Shown: positions 42,728-52,140 of the stretch, piece by piece
Layout: the number at the start of each line of letters is the position of its first letter
How positions within the stretch are numbered: position 1 is the first letter of the stretch
Assembly (NCBI GenBank): GCA_018712265.1
Contig: DVHF01000080.1
Coordinates: 855 to 64,854 of the forward strand
Reading direction: 5' to 3'
Source: Candidatus Gallacutalibacter pullicola
Lineage (GTDB): Bacteria > Bacillota > Clostridia > Oscillospirales > Acutalibacteraceae
Length of the DNA stretch: 64,000 bases
Program-made: the position numbers and the translations under genes
The notes under the pieces: generated by a model
Databases searched by the model: none
Told to the model about the DNA's origin: nothing
The model's input: only the letters and a program-made list of their open reading frames with translations

Positions 42728-43809
42728 AAGCTGCTGTTATTGGAACCGGGGGTATCGCCCAGACGCACGCCGAAGCCCTGCGCATGGCCGGGATCTCCAT
42801 TGCCGCCGCGGTGGACGTCAACGCAGACGCCGCCCGCACCTATGCGGAAAAATGGGGCGTTCCGGTTTGGGGAACGGATCCCGCCCTGCTGTACAGCCCG
42901 GAGATCGACTGCGTACACGTCTGCACGCCGCCGAATCTGCACTTTGAGCTGGTGCGCTCCCTGCTGGAAGCCGGTAAGCATGTGCTGTGTGAAAAGCCGC
43001 TCTGCTTTGACACGCAGGAGGCCGCCGCACTGAACCGCCTCGCCCGCGAAAAGCGGATCGCCTGCGCCATCAACCTGAATGTGCGCTTCCACATGGCCTG
43101 CCAGAAAGCGAAGCAGATCATCTCCGACCCGTCGTTCGGCCGGGTGCTTCTCGTCCACGGAAGCTATTTGCAGGAATATCACGCCTTCCCCGCGCCGGAC
43201 GGCTGGCGGTATGACGAGGCCCTTGCCGGAAAGATGCGCGCTGTGACGGAGATCGGCACGCACTGGATGGACATCGCGCAGTACCTGAGCGGCAAGCGTG
43301 TGACAGAGGTCTCCGCGCAGTTCGGCTGCTTCCATCCGATCCGCTACGAAAAGGACGGCATGATGTACGCCGGCAACCCGGACGGATCCCGCCGTGCAAA
43401 GGAGGTACACTCCGAGGACGCCGCCCTGATCCAGTTCCGGATGGAGGACGGCGCGATCGGATCCGTTGTACTCTCGGAAGTCTCGCCGGGGCACAGCAAC
43501 CGCCTCTCCCTCGAGATCACCGGCGAGAACCGCAACCTCTGGTGGAACTCCGAGGAAAACAACCTGCTCTGCACCGGCGTGAAGGGCGGCGGGGTCAACC
43601 AGGAGATCTTCGCGTTCGGCAACGGCTTCGCGGATACTTTCCGCGCGCTTGTCCAGCAGTTCTACGCGGATATCCGATCCGGCAACTATACGGAACGTCC
43701 CGTCTACCCCACCTTTGAGGACGGCGCGAACATTGTAGCCGTCTGCAACGCCATCTACGAAAGCGCCACCCACAACAGCGCGTGGATTCCCACAGGCTCC
43801 ACTTTATAA
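42724..43809 (+). CDS. Gfo/Idh/MocA family oxidoreductase
   Basis: MKAAVIGTGGIAQTHAEAL Rossmann N-terminus and an EKP motif (CEKPL). Confidence 0.85.
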   Translation: MKAAVIGTGGIAQTHAEALRMAGISIAAAVDVNADAARTYAEKWGVPVWGTDPALLYSPEIDCVHVCTPPNLHFELVRSLLEAGKHVLCEKPLCFDTQEAAALNRLAREKRIACAINLNVRFHMACQKAKQIISDPSFGRVLLVHGSYLQEYHAFPAPDGWRYDEALAGKMRAVTEIGTHWMDIAQYLSGKRVTEVSAQFGCFHPIRYEKDGMMYAGNPDGSRRAKEVHSEDAALIQFRMEDGAIGSVVLSEVSPGHSNRLSLEITGENRNLWWNSEENNLLCTGVKGGGVNQEIFAFGNGFADTFRALVQQFYADIRSGNYTERPVYPTFEDGANIVAVCNAIYESATHNSAWIPTGSTL

Positions 43810-43823
43810 AAGGAGGATTCCCC

Positions 43824-44324
43824 ATGAAAAAACCATCGATTCAGGAAATTATTGATCTTCTTGGCCTCGAACCCCTCGGCCGCGAGGGCGGGATGTTCCG
43901 ATCCACCTACCGCAGTCCCGCTCTGATGCCGGACGGAAGCAACGCCGGCAGCGCGATTTTCTTTTTCCTCACAGCAAATGCCTATTCGCATCTGCACCGC
44001 CTCCCCACCGACGAGCTTTACCACTTCTATCTTGGCGATCCCGTAGAGCTTCTGGAGCTTTTCCCGGACGGATCCTCCCGCCGCGTGATCCTCGGTCAGG
44101 ATATTCTTTCCGGACAGCAGCTTCAGGCGCTGGCGCACGCGGGATCGTGGCAGGGATCGCATGTGCTGGACGGCGGAGAGTATGCGCTGCTTGGCACAAC
44201 GATGAGTCCGGGATTTCGGGAGAGCGATTACGAGCACGCGGGGGATCCGGATGCGTTGATCGCGCAGTATCCTGAGCAGGGGGAGTTGATCCGCAGGCTT
44301 ACTGGGGAAACCATCTACCGCTAA
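43824..44324 (+). CDS. cupin (DUF985-like) protein
   Basis: Contains LGLEPLGREGGMFRSTYRS and SHLHRLPTDELYHFYLG. AAGGAGG RBS precedes the ATG at 43824. Confidence 0.7.
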   Translation: MKKPSIQEIIDLLGLEPLGREGGMFRSTYRSPALMPDGSNAGSAIFFFLTANAYSHLHRLPTDELYHFYLGDPVELLELFPDGSSRRVILGQDILSGQQLQALAHAGSWQGSHVLDGGEYALLGTTMSPGFRESDYEHAGDPDALIAQYPEQGELIRRLTGETIYR

Positions 44325-44831
44325 GCCAAAGGTGAGCAAACAGTGAAAGCAAACCATCCAGTGGATGGTTTGCTGGAACGAATTTGCGATCCCCCAGGCG
44401 GAGAGGACACGCAAACGGCGTTCCCAAAAAAGCTTTTGGTTTCCACCGAGTTCCATGAACTGGATCAATACAAAATACAATAAACAGAACCAATGCAGAT
44501 CACATTAAAGCAGGCCGCAAAAAGGGAGATTCCTACCATACAGGGGAACCTCCCTTTTCCGTTGTCTATTTTTGAATTTTATCCGTAACAGGATCCCAAT
44601 CTCATAAACCGGGCTTTTCAGGCTGGTTCTTGCCGCGGGCAGGCCGCTTGGGGGCCCGCAAAGGCGTTCGGGCGAACCATCCACCGGATGGTCCGCCCTC
44701 TCTGTTTGCTCACCTCTCTGGGGGAACGCTTCGCGTTCCCCTTTGGCTTGTGGGGGCTCCTCGCCCCCACACCCCATCGCAAGCTTTTGAAAAAGCTTGA
44801 GCAAAACTTTTATGTTTTGCTCACCTTTGGC
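44325..44831. repeat. family-1 palindromic intergenic element, copy 2 (507 bp, outer left arm missing)
   Basis: Collinear with copy 1 from GCCAAAGGTGAGCAAACAGTG to TTTGCTCACCTTTGGC. Confidence 0.8.
44519..44558. terminator. central bidirectional terminator-like hairpin of family-1 copy 2
   Basis: Sequence is AAAAAGGGAGATTCC-loop-GGAACCTCCCTTTT, lying between convergent genes. Confidence 0.55.
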
Positions 44832-45529
44832 TTGGCGGCGCGTATTTGCCGCTTCCATTCCGCACCGACACGGTTCGATTCCAATATTTTACGCTGTGTT
44901 TTATAAAGCGTATCCGCATCAAGCCTCCCGTCTTGCAGAAAATCCATCACCTTTTCCGGAAAATATGCAAAACAAACCGAAATCGCCCAGGCGATCCCCA
45001 TCCTTGCATAATAGTCCCGTGCCGGACACCGGCTGAGCGTTTCCAAAATCCACGGCAAATTAGGTTCACTCACGAAATGATCCATCAGCATCACCGCGCC
45101 GAACCGCGCTTCATATTCGTGATCCGATTCCAGATACGGCATCAGGAACTCCCGGACGCGATCCGGATCCACGCGCACTGACGTCAGGCTGGCGCAGAAG
45201 CTGTCGCATACCGACCAGTTTGTGATGTCCGTGACGAAGCCTTTGACGTATTCCAGCCGTTCTTCCAGATCCATTCTCGCATAGCCGATAACCATCCCGC
45301 GGATCATGGTTTCCTCAAACCACGTATTCCCGGATTGTGACAGAAAAGCGCGGAAATCCCCTTTCGCGAGAGATTTGGCGATCCGCCGCAGGAGCGGCAG
45401 ACGGATCCCGAGCATATTTTCCACACCCGGCACCAGCTTAGAGGAAAACTCGCGGTAGCTGTCCTCCGCGATGGCGGGCAGATATTCGAGCAGCTCTGCC
45501 GCTGTCTTTGGGAGAGAATCCGCGCTCAT
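44810..45529 (-). CDS. DNA alkylation repair protein (HEAT-repeat, AlkD-like family)
   Basis: Contains [25 protein letters not shown]...[11 protein letters not shown]. The start overlaps the nfo stop by 4 nt. Confidence 0.7.
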   Translation of the reverse strand: MSADSLPKTAAELLEYLPAIAEDSYREFSSKLVPGVENMLGIRLPLLRRIAKSLAKGDFRAFLSQSGNTWFEETMIRGMVIGYARMDLEERLEYVKGFVTDITNWSVCDSFCASLTSVRVDPDRVREFLMPYLESDHEYEARFGAVMLMDHFVSEPNLPWILETLSRCPARDYYARMGIAWAISVCFAYFPEKVMDFLQDGRLDADTLYKTQRKILESNRVGAEWKRQIRAAKPKVSKT

Positions 45530-46380
45530 ATCGTCCCTCCTGTGTAAGCGGCCCGCAGGCGGCGGATCTCATCGGCGTAACCGTCGAGATCGTTCGGCGT
45601 TTCGAGACAGAACGGGAGCTCCCGAAGCTTCGGATGGTTCGTGACGCGGGACAGGGCGTCAAATCCGATGTGCCCCTCGCCGATCCGCGCGTGGCGGTCC
45701 TTATGGCTGCCGCGGGGATTCATGCTGTCGTTCAGGTGGATGGCTTTCAGGCGGTCAAGACCGATGATGCGGTCAAATTCCTCAAGCACTCCGTCAAGGT
45801 TCTCCACAATATCGTACCCGCCGTCCCAGACGTGGCACGTGTCAAGGCAGACCCCCATTTTTTCCGGCAGCTTGACGAGATCGAGGATCGCACGGATTTC
45901 CTCAAAGCTGCGTCCCACCTCGGATCCTTTCCCGGCCATCGTTTCCAGCAGGACGGTGGTGGACTGCTCCGCCGTGATCACCTCATTGAGCATCGCGGCA
46001 ATCTGCCGGATCCCCGTCTCCACGCCCTGACCGGTGTGGCTGCCCGGATGGAAATTGTAGAAATTTCCCGGCAGGAACTCCATCCGGCGCAGATCGTCCG
46101 CGATGGTTTCCAGAGCGAATTCGCGCGTGCGGTCCGTGGAGGAGCAGGCGTTGAGCGTATAGGGGGCGTGGGCGACCACCCGGCCGAACCGGTGCTCCTG
46201 CATCAGACTGCGCAGAGCCTCCATGTCGGCGGGATCGAGCTCCCGGGCACGGCTGCCGCGCGGGTTGCGCGTAAAGAACTGGAACGTGTTGGCCCCGATG
46301 GCGAGCGCGTCCCGGCCCATCGCAAGATAGCCCTTGGAGGGCGAGAGATGACAGCCGATGGTAAGTGTCTGATTTGTCAT
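45526..46380 (-). CDS. nfo: deoxyribonuclease IV (endonuclease IV)
   Basis: Contains IGCHLS...[14 protein letters not shown]...HAPYTLN...CLDTCH...HLNDS, the Nfo metal-site motifs. Confidence 0.9.
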   Translation of the reverse strand: MTNQTLTIGCHLSPSKGYLAMGRDALAIGANTFQFFTRNPRGSRARELDPADMEALRSLMQEHRFGRVVAHAPYTLNACSSTDRTREFALETIADDLRRMEFLPGNFYNFHPGSHTGQGVETGIRQIAAMLNEVITAEQSTTVLLETMAGKGSEVGRSFEEIRAILDLVKLPEKMGVCLDTCHVWDGGYDIVENLDGVLEEFDRIIGLDRLKAIHLNDSMNPRGSHKDRHARIGEGHIGFDALSRVTNHPKLRELPFCLETPNDLDGYADEIRRLRAAYTGGTI

Positions 46381-47174
46381 GATGGATCTCCTTTCCCGTT
46401 CGGATCGCCGGGGTGCGCCGGACGGAAGATATATTCCGCCGCGCCGTCGATAGTGATTTTCTGCGAGCGGATCCCAAATACCTCGTCGAGCTTTCCGGAT
46501 TGGAACAGCGCGTCCGGATCGCCGAAAAAGACGGCACGCCCGCCGTCGAGCAGCAAAATCCGATCCGATACGGACAGCGCCTGTCCCAGATCGTGCAGGA
46601 CGGTGACGACGGTCTTTCCCGCGCCGCGCAGCGTCCGCATCAGGCGCAGGATTTCAAACTGGTGCGAAATATCGAGGTAGGTGGCGGGCTCGTCCATAAA
46701 GACGACGCCGGTATCCTGCGCAAGCACCATAGCCAGGTAAACCTTTTGCCGTTCGCCGCCGGAAAGTTGGGTGAGATAGCTGTCGCGGTACTCCCATGCG
46801 CCGGCGTCGTGCATGGCCCGTTCCACCGCCGCGAGATCCGCCGGCGTGGGCCTGCGGGGGAATCCCAGATACGGGAACCGCCCGTGCATCACCAGCGACC
46901 GCGCCGGGATCGCCGGAACCTCCCGCGACTGCGGCAGAACCGCCGCCATCCGCGCGAATTCCTTGGGCGGGATCGTGAAAATATCTCTGCCATCCAGCAG
47001 GATCTGTCCACTAAGCGGCTTCTGCTGCCGTGCAGCCGTCTTGAGCAGCGTACTTTTGCCGCAGCCATTTTTCCCGAGGATGGACGTCACGCAGCCCGGC
47101 TCAAAACGGACGGAAATATCCTGCACAACGGCTTCGCCGCCGTAGCCCGCGTCCACGTGTTTCAGTTCAATCAA
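46377..47174 (-). CDS. ABC transporter ATP-binding protein (iron-siderophore/cobalamin type)
   Basis: Walker [10 protein letters not shown], signature SGGERQKV and Walker [16 protein letters not shown] start at 47174 lies 7 nt after AAGGGGG. Confidence 0.85.
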   Translation of the reverse strand: MIELKHVDAGYGGEAVVQDISVRFEPGCVTSILGKNGCGKSTLLKTAARQQKPLSGQILLDGRDIFTIPPKEFARMAAVLPQSREVPAIPARSLVMHGRFPYLGFPRRPTPADLAAVERAMHDAGAWEYRDSYLTQLSGGERQKVYLAMVLAQDTGVVFMDEPATYLDISHQFEILRLMRTLRGAGKTVVTVLHDLGQALSVSDRILLLDGGRAVFFGDPDALFQSGKLDEVFGIRSQKITIDGAAEYIFRPAHPGDPNGKGDPS

Positions 47175-48210
47175 GCAGACGCCCCCTTTTCTGCCGCAGG
47201 AGAAGATACAGGAAGAACGGCCCGCCGAGGAACGACATGACGATCCCGACGGGAAGCTCGTAGGGCGCGAACAGCACACGCGCGAGGATGTCACAGCCCA
47301 GCGTGAACGCCCCGCCCAGCAGCGCGCACAGCGGGATCAGCACCCGGTTGTCGCGCCCGGCGAGGAACCGCGCCGCGTGCGGGACGATCAGCCCCACAAA
47401 CCCGATCAGCCCGGAGAAGCTGACGGCGCTCCCAGCCAGCAGCGCGGCGAGGATCAGGAAGATCATCCGGTAGACGCCGGTGCGCATCCCGAGGGACATC
47501 GCGGTGGAATCCCCCAGCGAGAGCACATTCATATCGTAGCTAAGTACCAGACAGGCGGCGATCCCAAACAGGATGCACGCGCCCGCCAGCTTTACATTGT
47601 CCATAGTGACGCCGGAAAAGCTGCCGATTAAAAATTCCGTCCGCCCGGCCTGCGCGTCGGGGTAAAGCGTCAGGATGGTATCGGTAAAGGCACTGAGGAT
47701 GCTCGACACCGCCACGCCCGCCAGAACGATCGTCATCCGGGATGCGCCTGTCCGCACGGCGATCAGGTATACCAGCGCCGCAGCGATCAGCGCACCCAGA
47801 AACGCGGCGAGCGGCGAAAAGCCCAGCCATTGGGGAAACAGCGCGGACAGAATGATTGCGAACAAACCCGCCCCCGCATTGACGCCGATTACATTTGGGC
47901 TTGCCAGCGCGTTGTTCAGCACCGTCTGGAGCACAGCCCCGGCGCACGCCAGCGCACCCCCTGCGAGAGCCGCGGCAAGTGTCCTTGGCAGGCGTACATA
48001 TTGGAAGATCTGGTACGCCTTGGAATCCGTATCCGCCCCGGAGATGACCGCCCAGATGGATCGCAGATCGATCGGCACGGCCCCGGCGCAGAGGCTCACG
48101 GCCGCCAGCAGGATCAGGGCCGCGCCCGATGCGGCGATCAGCGCGGCCCTGAAACGCGGGGATTCCCTATTCAAAGAGATCCGGATAGAGGATTTTGGCG
48201 AGGTATTCAT
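47167..48210 (-). CDS. FecCD-family ABC permease
   Basis: Polytopic protein with a C-terminal GGPFFLYLL motif. The ATG at 48210 follows GGGGGAAAG. Confidence 0.85.
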   Translation of the reverse strand: MNTSPKSSIRISLNRESPRFRAALIAASGAALILLAAVSLCAGAVPIDLRSIWAVISGADTDSKAYQIFQYVRLPRTLAAALAGGALACAGAVLQTVLNNALASPNVIGVNAGAGLFAIILSALFPQWLGFSPLAAFLGALIAAALVYLIAVRTGASRMTIVLAGVAVSSILSAFTDTILTLYPDAQAGRTEFLIGSFSGVTMDNVKLAGACILFGIAACLVLSYDMNVLSLGDSTAMSLGMRTGVYRMIFLILAALLAGSAVSFSGLIGFVGLIVPHAARFLAGRDNRVLIPLCALLGGAFTLGCDILARVLFAPYELPVGIVMSFLGGPFFLYLLLRQKRGRLLD

Positions 48211-49216
48211 AGCTTTCCCCCCATCTGGCGTTGGGCTTGTAGTGGAACAGATCCTTTGGCAGGATGACATACCGCCCGTTCTGCACGGCGGAGAGGCTGG
48301 CCCATGCCGGATTGGATTCGATGTTGTCCTTGAGCGCCTGAAGCGATTTTTCCGTATCGCCCATCGGAACGGCGAAGATGTAATCGGGATCGTCCATCAG
48401 GATCTTTTCCATGCTCAGATCCTCGAGCAGAGAGGGATCCTGTGCGGCGATGTTGACAGTGCCGAGATCCTCCAGCATCTTGCACGTCATATTGTCGCCG
48501 GATTTGGCCTTGGCCTTGGTGGTCATAGCGCGCAGAAACAGGACGGTCGGTTTGTCGTCCCCGGCCTCGGGGATTTTGGCGAGCACCTGATCGATCTGAT
48601 CCTGCACGTCCAGACCGTTTTGCTGATAGAGATCCTCGCGGCCCGTGATATCGGTGCAGATTTTCAGCATATCGAGGTATTCGTCAAAATATTCCACCTT
48701 GAAGAATGCGTGCGGGATCTCCGCCTTTTCCAGCGTTTCCGCAAGCTGGAGATGCTCGTCAATATCCGCCGACAGCAGGACGAAATCCGGCGACAGGCCG
48801 AGGATTTCTTCCAGATTCGGGCTGTGCTGTGTGCCGATGATTTTAACGTCCTCAGAGAGCTGCAAATTGCGCTCGTCCACAGCGTCGTCCGTCACACCCA
48901 CAAGCTCCCCTCCCGCGAGCATCCACGTTTCCGCGTAGGAACCCATCAGGGAGATCACGCGCTGCGGCTGTTCCTGCAACACGACCGGATTGCCCAAGCT
49001 GTCCTCGAAGGTGTACCAAGCCTCCGACGCGGTGCTTTCCTGTACTTCGGAGACGGACGATGATGGAATCTCTGATGTGCTGGCGGATGCAGCGGCATCT
49101 CCTGCTGAAGCACAGCCAACCAGCGCCGCGGTAAGTGCGAAAGCCGTCAGCAGGGCGGTGATCCGCCGTCCGGTATTCTGCGGCCTTGTGTGGAACGATT
49201 TGAAAAAAATAGGCAT
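48167..49216 (-). CDS. periplasmic-binding-protein type (iron-siderophore/B12) substrate-binding lipoprotein
   Basis: LVGCAS lipobox and a PBP type-2 fold. AGGAGG RBS is present. Confidence 0.8.
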   Translation of the reverse strand: MPIFFKSFHTRPQNTGRRITALLTAFALTAALVGCASAGDAAASASTSEIPSSSVSEVQESTASEAWYTFEDSLGNPVVLQEQPQRVISLMGSYAETWMLAGGELVGVTDDAVDERNLQLSEDVKIIGTQHSPNLEEILGLSPDFVLLSADIDEHLQLAETLEKAEIPHAFFKVEYFDEYLDMLKICTDITGREDLYQQNGLDVQDQIDQVLAKIPEAGDDKPTVLFLRAMTTKAKAKSGDNMTCKMLEDLGTVNIAAQDPSLLEDLSMEKILMDDPDYIFAVPMGDTEKSLQALKDNIESNPAWASLSAVQNGRYVILPKDLFHYKPNARWGESYEYLAKILYPDLFE

Positions 49217-49310
49217 TTTGATCCTCCTGTATGCTCAGTCACGCCCCGGACAGCGTTCCGTGCCGGGGCTTTTTATATTGTTTTATGATAACACCGCTTC
49301 CGAATTTTGT

Positions 49311-49344
49311 AAATAAAAAGATCGCCCGCCGGGCTTTGCGGGCG
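49311..49344 (-). terminator. rho-independent terminator closing the upstream kinase operon
   Basis: Stem CGCCCGC (49323-49329) pairs with GCGGGCG (49338-49344), followed on the minus strand by ATCTTTTTATTT. Confidence 0.6.
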
Positions 49345-49353
49345 TTTCAATAT

Positions 49354-49892
49354 GCGGCCTGCCCGCGGCAAGAACTGGCCTAAAAGCCTGTTTTACAAGA
49401 TCGGGCTTCTGTTACGGGTGAAATTGAAAAATATATAGAAAAGAGAGGTTCCCACTATATAGGGGAATCTCTCTTTTGCGGCCTATTTTAATGTGATTTA
49501 CATTGGTTGTGTTCATTGTTTCTTGCATTGATCCGCTTCATTGAACTCGATTGAAACAAAAAACTTTTATGAGAATGCCGTTTGTGTATCCTCTCCACTC
49601 GGGGGCCCGCAAAGACGTTCCAGCAAACCATCCAGTGGACGGTTTGCTTTCACTGTTTGCTCACCTTTTCTGGAGGAACGCTTTGCGTTCCTCTTTAGCT
49701 TGTGGGGGCTCCTCGCCCCCACACCCCATCGCAAGCTTTTGAAAAAGCTTGAGCAAAACTTTTATGTTGCGCGACACTGTGGCTGTGCGAACGCTATTCC
49801 CGCGAAGCGTCAGCGGAGCGCGACGCGTTCTGCTCACCGCAGGTGCGTGCAGGCTTAGCCTGCTAAAACTTTTAATTTTGTTTACCTTTGGT
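49354..49892. repeat. family-1 element, copy 3 (inverted, one-armed, with a nested family-2 fragment at 49769-49864)
   Basis: Reverse complement of the copy-1 left arm plus core. The interrupting segment ends GTGCAGGCTTAGCCTGCT, as in family 2. Confidence 0.7.
49439..49477. terminator. central terminator-like hairpin of family-1 copy 3
   Basis: Sequence is AAAAGAGAGGTTCCC-loop-GGGGAATCTCTCTTTT. Confidence 0.45.
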
Positions 49893-51140
49893 TGGGATCG
49901 TTACCGTAAAAACCGTGCCCGTCTCCTGATTGCTGTGCACCTGAATCTTTCCGTGATGGCTTTCCACAATCGTCTTGGCAATCGCGAGACCAAGACCATA
50001 ACCGCCATTTTCTCTAGCACGGGAGCTGTCCACACGGTAGAATCTTTCAAAAATGTGGGGCAGATGCTCGCTTGGAATCGGATCGCCGCTGTTGGTGACG
50101 GAAAACACGGCAGAATCCGCCGCGTGAGCCAGCCGGACAGAGATCCGTCCGTGATCCCCGCTATGCTTGCAGGCGTTGTCCAGCAGGATCACCACCAGCT
50201 GCTTGAGCTGGTTTTCGTCCCCCAGCACATGGAGATCCGGCGCGATATCGCTTTCCAGCGTTTTCTTCTGCTCAAACGCCACCGGTTCAAAGGGAAGCAG
50301 ACCGCTCCAAACAATGTCGCTGAAATTTACTTCTGTGAGGATGAGCTTTGTGCGGGAATCGTCGGAGCGGGCGAGAAACAGCAGATCCGTCACCAGAGAG
50401 GTCATGCGCTGAGCCTCCGCGCGGATGTATTCCAGCCATTTCGACTGGTTCTCCACAGTGTCCTGCCGGTGGGAAAGCACAATATCTGTGTTGGCCAGGA
50501 TTACAGTCAGCGGGGTTTTCAGTTCGTGGGACGCATCCGCCACAAAACGCCGCTGCTGTTCCCACGACTGCTCAATCGGCCGGATCGCCCAGCGCGCCAG
50601 CAGGATGCTGATCCCCCAGAATATGAGCAGGCTCACCGCACCCACAATCAGCGAGGTGCGGATCAGGGATAATATTACATTGATTTCACCAGAACGGTCG
50701 GAAAAGACGATCCGGGCTCCGGTATCATCCCAGCGTACAAGATATCGCAGGTTATAGCCCCGCAGAATCCCCATCTCCTCCTGAGAGGAAAGGCAAATCT
50801 GGATAATATCGTCAAGAACATCGTCATCCGTAACGTTGACATTGCCAAAAACCTCTGTGACATTCCCGTCCAGATCAGTTTCCACCAGAAAGCTTGAGGA
50901 AAAAATCCTGTGCTTATCGTCGCGCTCTCCCTCCTCCATTGGCGGACCGATTTCCACAAACGGCTGCGGAAATTCAGAAGGGAGATTCATATCCATCAGC
51001 ATCCGCATGGAGCGTTCTGAGTCTCCGGCAAGCCTGCCGCTGGTAAACAGCAGCACTGCGACAAAAATCGCGGTGAGCATCAGGAAGATCACGCACATAT
51101 TGGTAAAGACAAATTTTCTGCGCAGCCTGCGGATTACCAT
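49872..51140 (-). CDS. sensor histidine kinase
   Basis: H-box SHELKTPL, N-box LLDNACKH, G-box motifs and two TM segments. Confidence 0.9.
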   Translation of the reverse strand: MVIRRLRRKFVFTNMCVIFLMLTAIFVAVLLFTSGRLAGDSERSMRMLMDMNLPSEFPQPFVEIGPPMEEGERDDKHRIFSSSFLVETDLDGNVTEVFGNVNVTDDDVLDDIIQICLSSQEEMGILRGYNLRYLVRWDDTGARIVFSDRSGEINVILSLIRTSLIVGAVSLLIFWGISILLARWAIRPIEQSWEQQRRFVADASHELKTPLTVILANTDIVLSHRQDTVENQSKWLEYIRAEAQRMTSLVTDLLFLARSDDSRTKLILTEVNFSDIVWSGLLPFEPVAFEQKKTLESDIAPDLHVLGDENQLKQLVVILLDNACKHSGDHGRISVRLAHAADSAVFSVTNSGDPIPSEHLPHIFERFYRVDSSRARENGGYGLGLAIAKTIVESHHGKIQVHSNQETGTVFTVTIPTKGKQN

Positions 51141-51143
51141 GGT

Positions 51144-51812
51144 CTATTCCTCCAGCCGGTAGCCGATTTTGCGCACGGCAATGATCGACACGTGGGAACC
51201 GAGAAACGCAATTTTCTTGCGCAGGAAAGAGATGTACACTTCCACGTTGTTATCCTCGGCGTTGGACTCGGTTCCCCAGACCTTTACGAGCAGATCCTCT
51301 TTGGGAATGACCATGGAGGAATTGGTCATGAGCAGACGCAGCACCTCAAACTCTTTAAAGCCCAGATGCACGGATTTTGCGCCGCACTGAAGCGAATACG
51401 CCGAAAGGCTCAGCGTAAGATCGCCAAAGGTGAGCTCGTTCGAAATGACCTCGCCCTGACGCCGGGAAAGCGCACGGATCCGGGCCATCAGTTCATCGGG
51501 GGAAAAGGGCTTTGTCAGGTAATCGTCCGCGCCGCAGTCCAGGCCCGTCACCTTATCCGGGATTTCGTCACGGGCGGTCAGCATCAGGACAGGGGTAGCG
51601 TTGCGCTGGCGGCGCATTTCGCGCACCACGCTGAAGCCGTCCCGCTTGGGGAGCATCACATCCAGCACAATCACATCGTAAATCCCGCTCATAGCGTAGT
51701 CGAAGCCCGATTCGCCGTCAAAAACGGCATCGGCGGTATATTTATGTTCTGTCATAATCTGCACAAGGGTTTCAGCCAGACGTTTTTCATCCTCGACAAT
51801 TAAGATCCTCAA
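51144..51812 (-). CDS. OmpR-family response regulator
   Basis: Contains RILIVEDEKRL...VIVLDVMLP...LMLTARD plus a winged-helix domain. The best start is the TTG at 51812; the tracked N-terminal extension lies inside a repeat. Confidence 0.85.
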   Translation of the reverse strand: MRILIVEDEKRLAETLVQIMTEHKYTADAVFDGESGFDYAMSGIYDVIVLDVMLPKRDGFSVVREMRRQRNATPVLMLTARDEIPDKVTGLDCGADDYLTKPFSPDELMARIRALSRRQGEVISNELTFGDLTLSLSAYSLQCGAKSVHLGFKEFEVLRLLMTNSSMVIPKEDLLVKVWGTESNAEDNNVEVYISFLRKKIAFLGSHVSIIAVRKIGYRLEE

Positions 51813-51888
51813 AATTTCATCGCCTTTCTGCTTCCGGGAGGGCTTCCCCACCCTTTTCCCCATCATACACAAAAAACCTGAAATTACT

Positions 51889-52140
51889 CTGAAGCACGCC
51901 TGCGGCGGGCTAAGCCTGCACCTGCGGCGGGCAGAACGCGAAAGCGTCGTTACCTCCGCCCGGCTTCGCGGCATGATTGGGCTATAACGCCCGCGTTTAT
52001 GGTATTCTGTGGACATTATATCATATCCCTGACCAGCCTGCCACCGCGACACAGTACCTACGGCAATAGTATTCCCGCGGAGGTCACGACGCGCGGCGCG
52101 GTTTACGTGCAGGCTTAGCCTGCTGTTCGCCGCAGGCGCC
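51889..52140. repeat. family-2 TIR element, copy X2
   Basis: The ends CGCCTGCGGCGGGCTAAGCCTGCAC (51898-) and GTGCAGGCTTAGCCTGCTGTTCGCCGCAGGCG (-52138) are inverted copies. Confidence 0.65.
52015..52023 (-). promoter_or_regulatory. candidate extended -10 box TGATATAAT inside repeat X2
   Basis: Exact TGnTATAAT on the minus strand, about 200 nt upstream of the response-regulator start. Confidence 0.3.

Noticed and set aside
42697-43773. 358-aa minus-strand ORF
   Set aside because: It is antisense to the Gfo/Idh/MocA oxidoreductase, which has a clear Rossmann N-terminus and operon context.
44872-44882. GGTTCGATTCC, a tRNA T-loop-like string
   Set aside because: It lies inside the alkylation-repair CDS. 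The flanks cannot form T-arm, acceptor or anticodon stems. No tRNA, rRNA or tmRNA is evident anywhere in the window.
49217-49310. Cobalamin or other riboswitch upstream of the iron/B12-type ABC operon
   Set aside because: The untranslated region is only about 95 nt, far shorter than a cobalamin riboswitch. I see no B12-box-like conserved core, only one simple hairpin.
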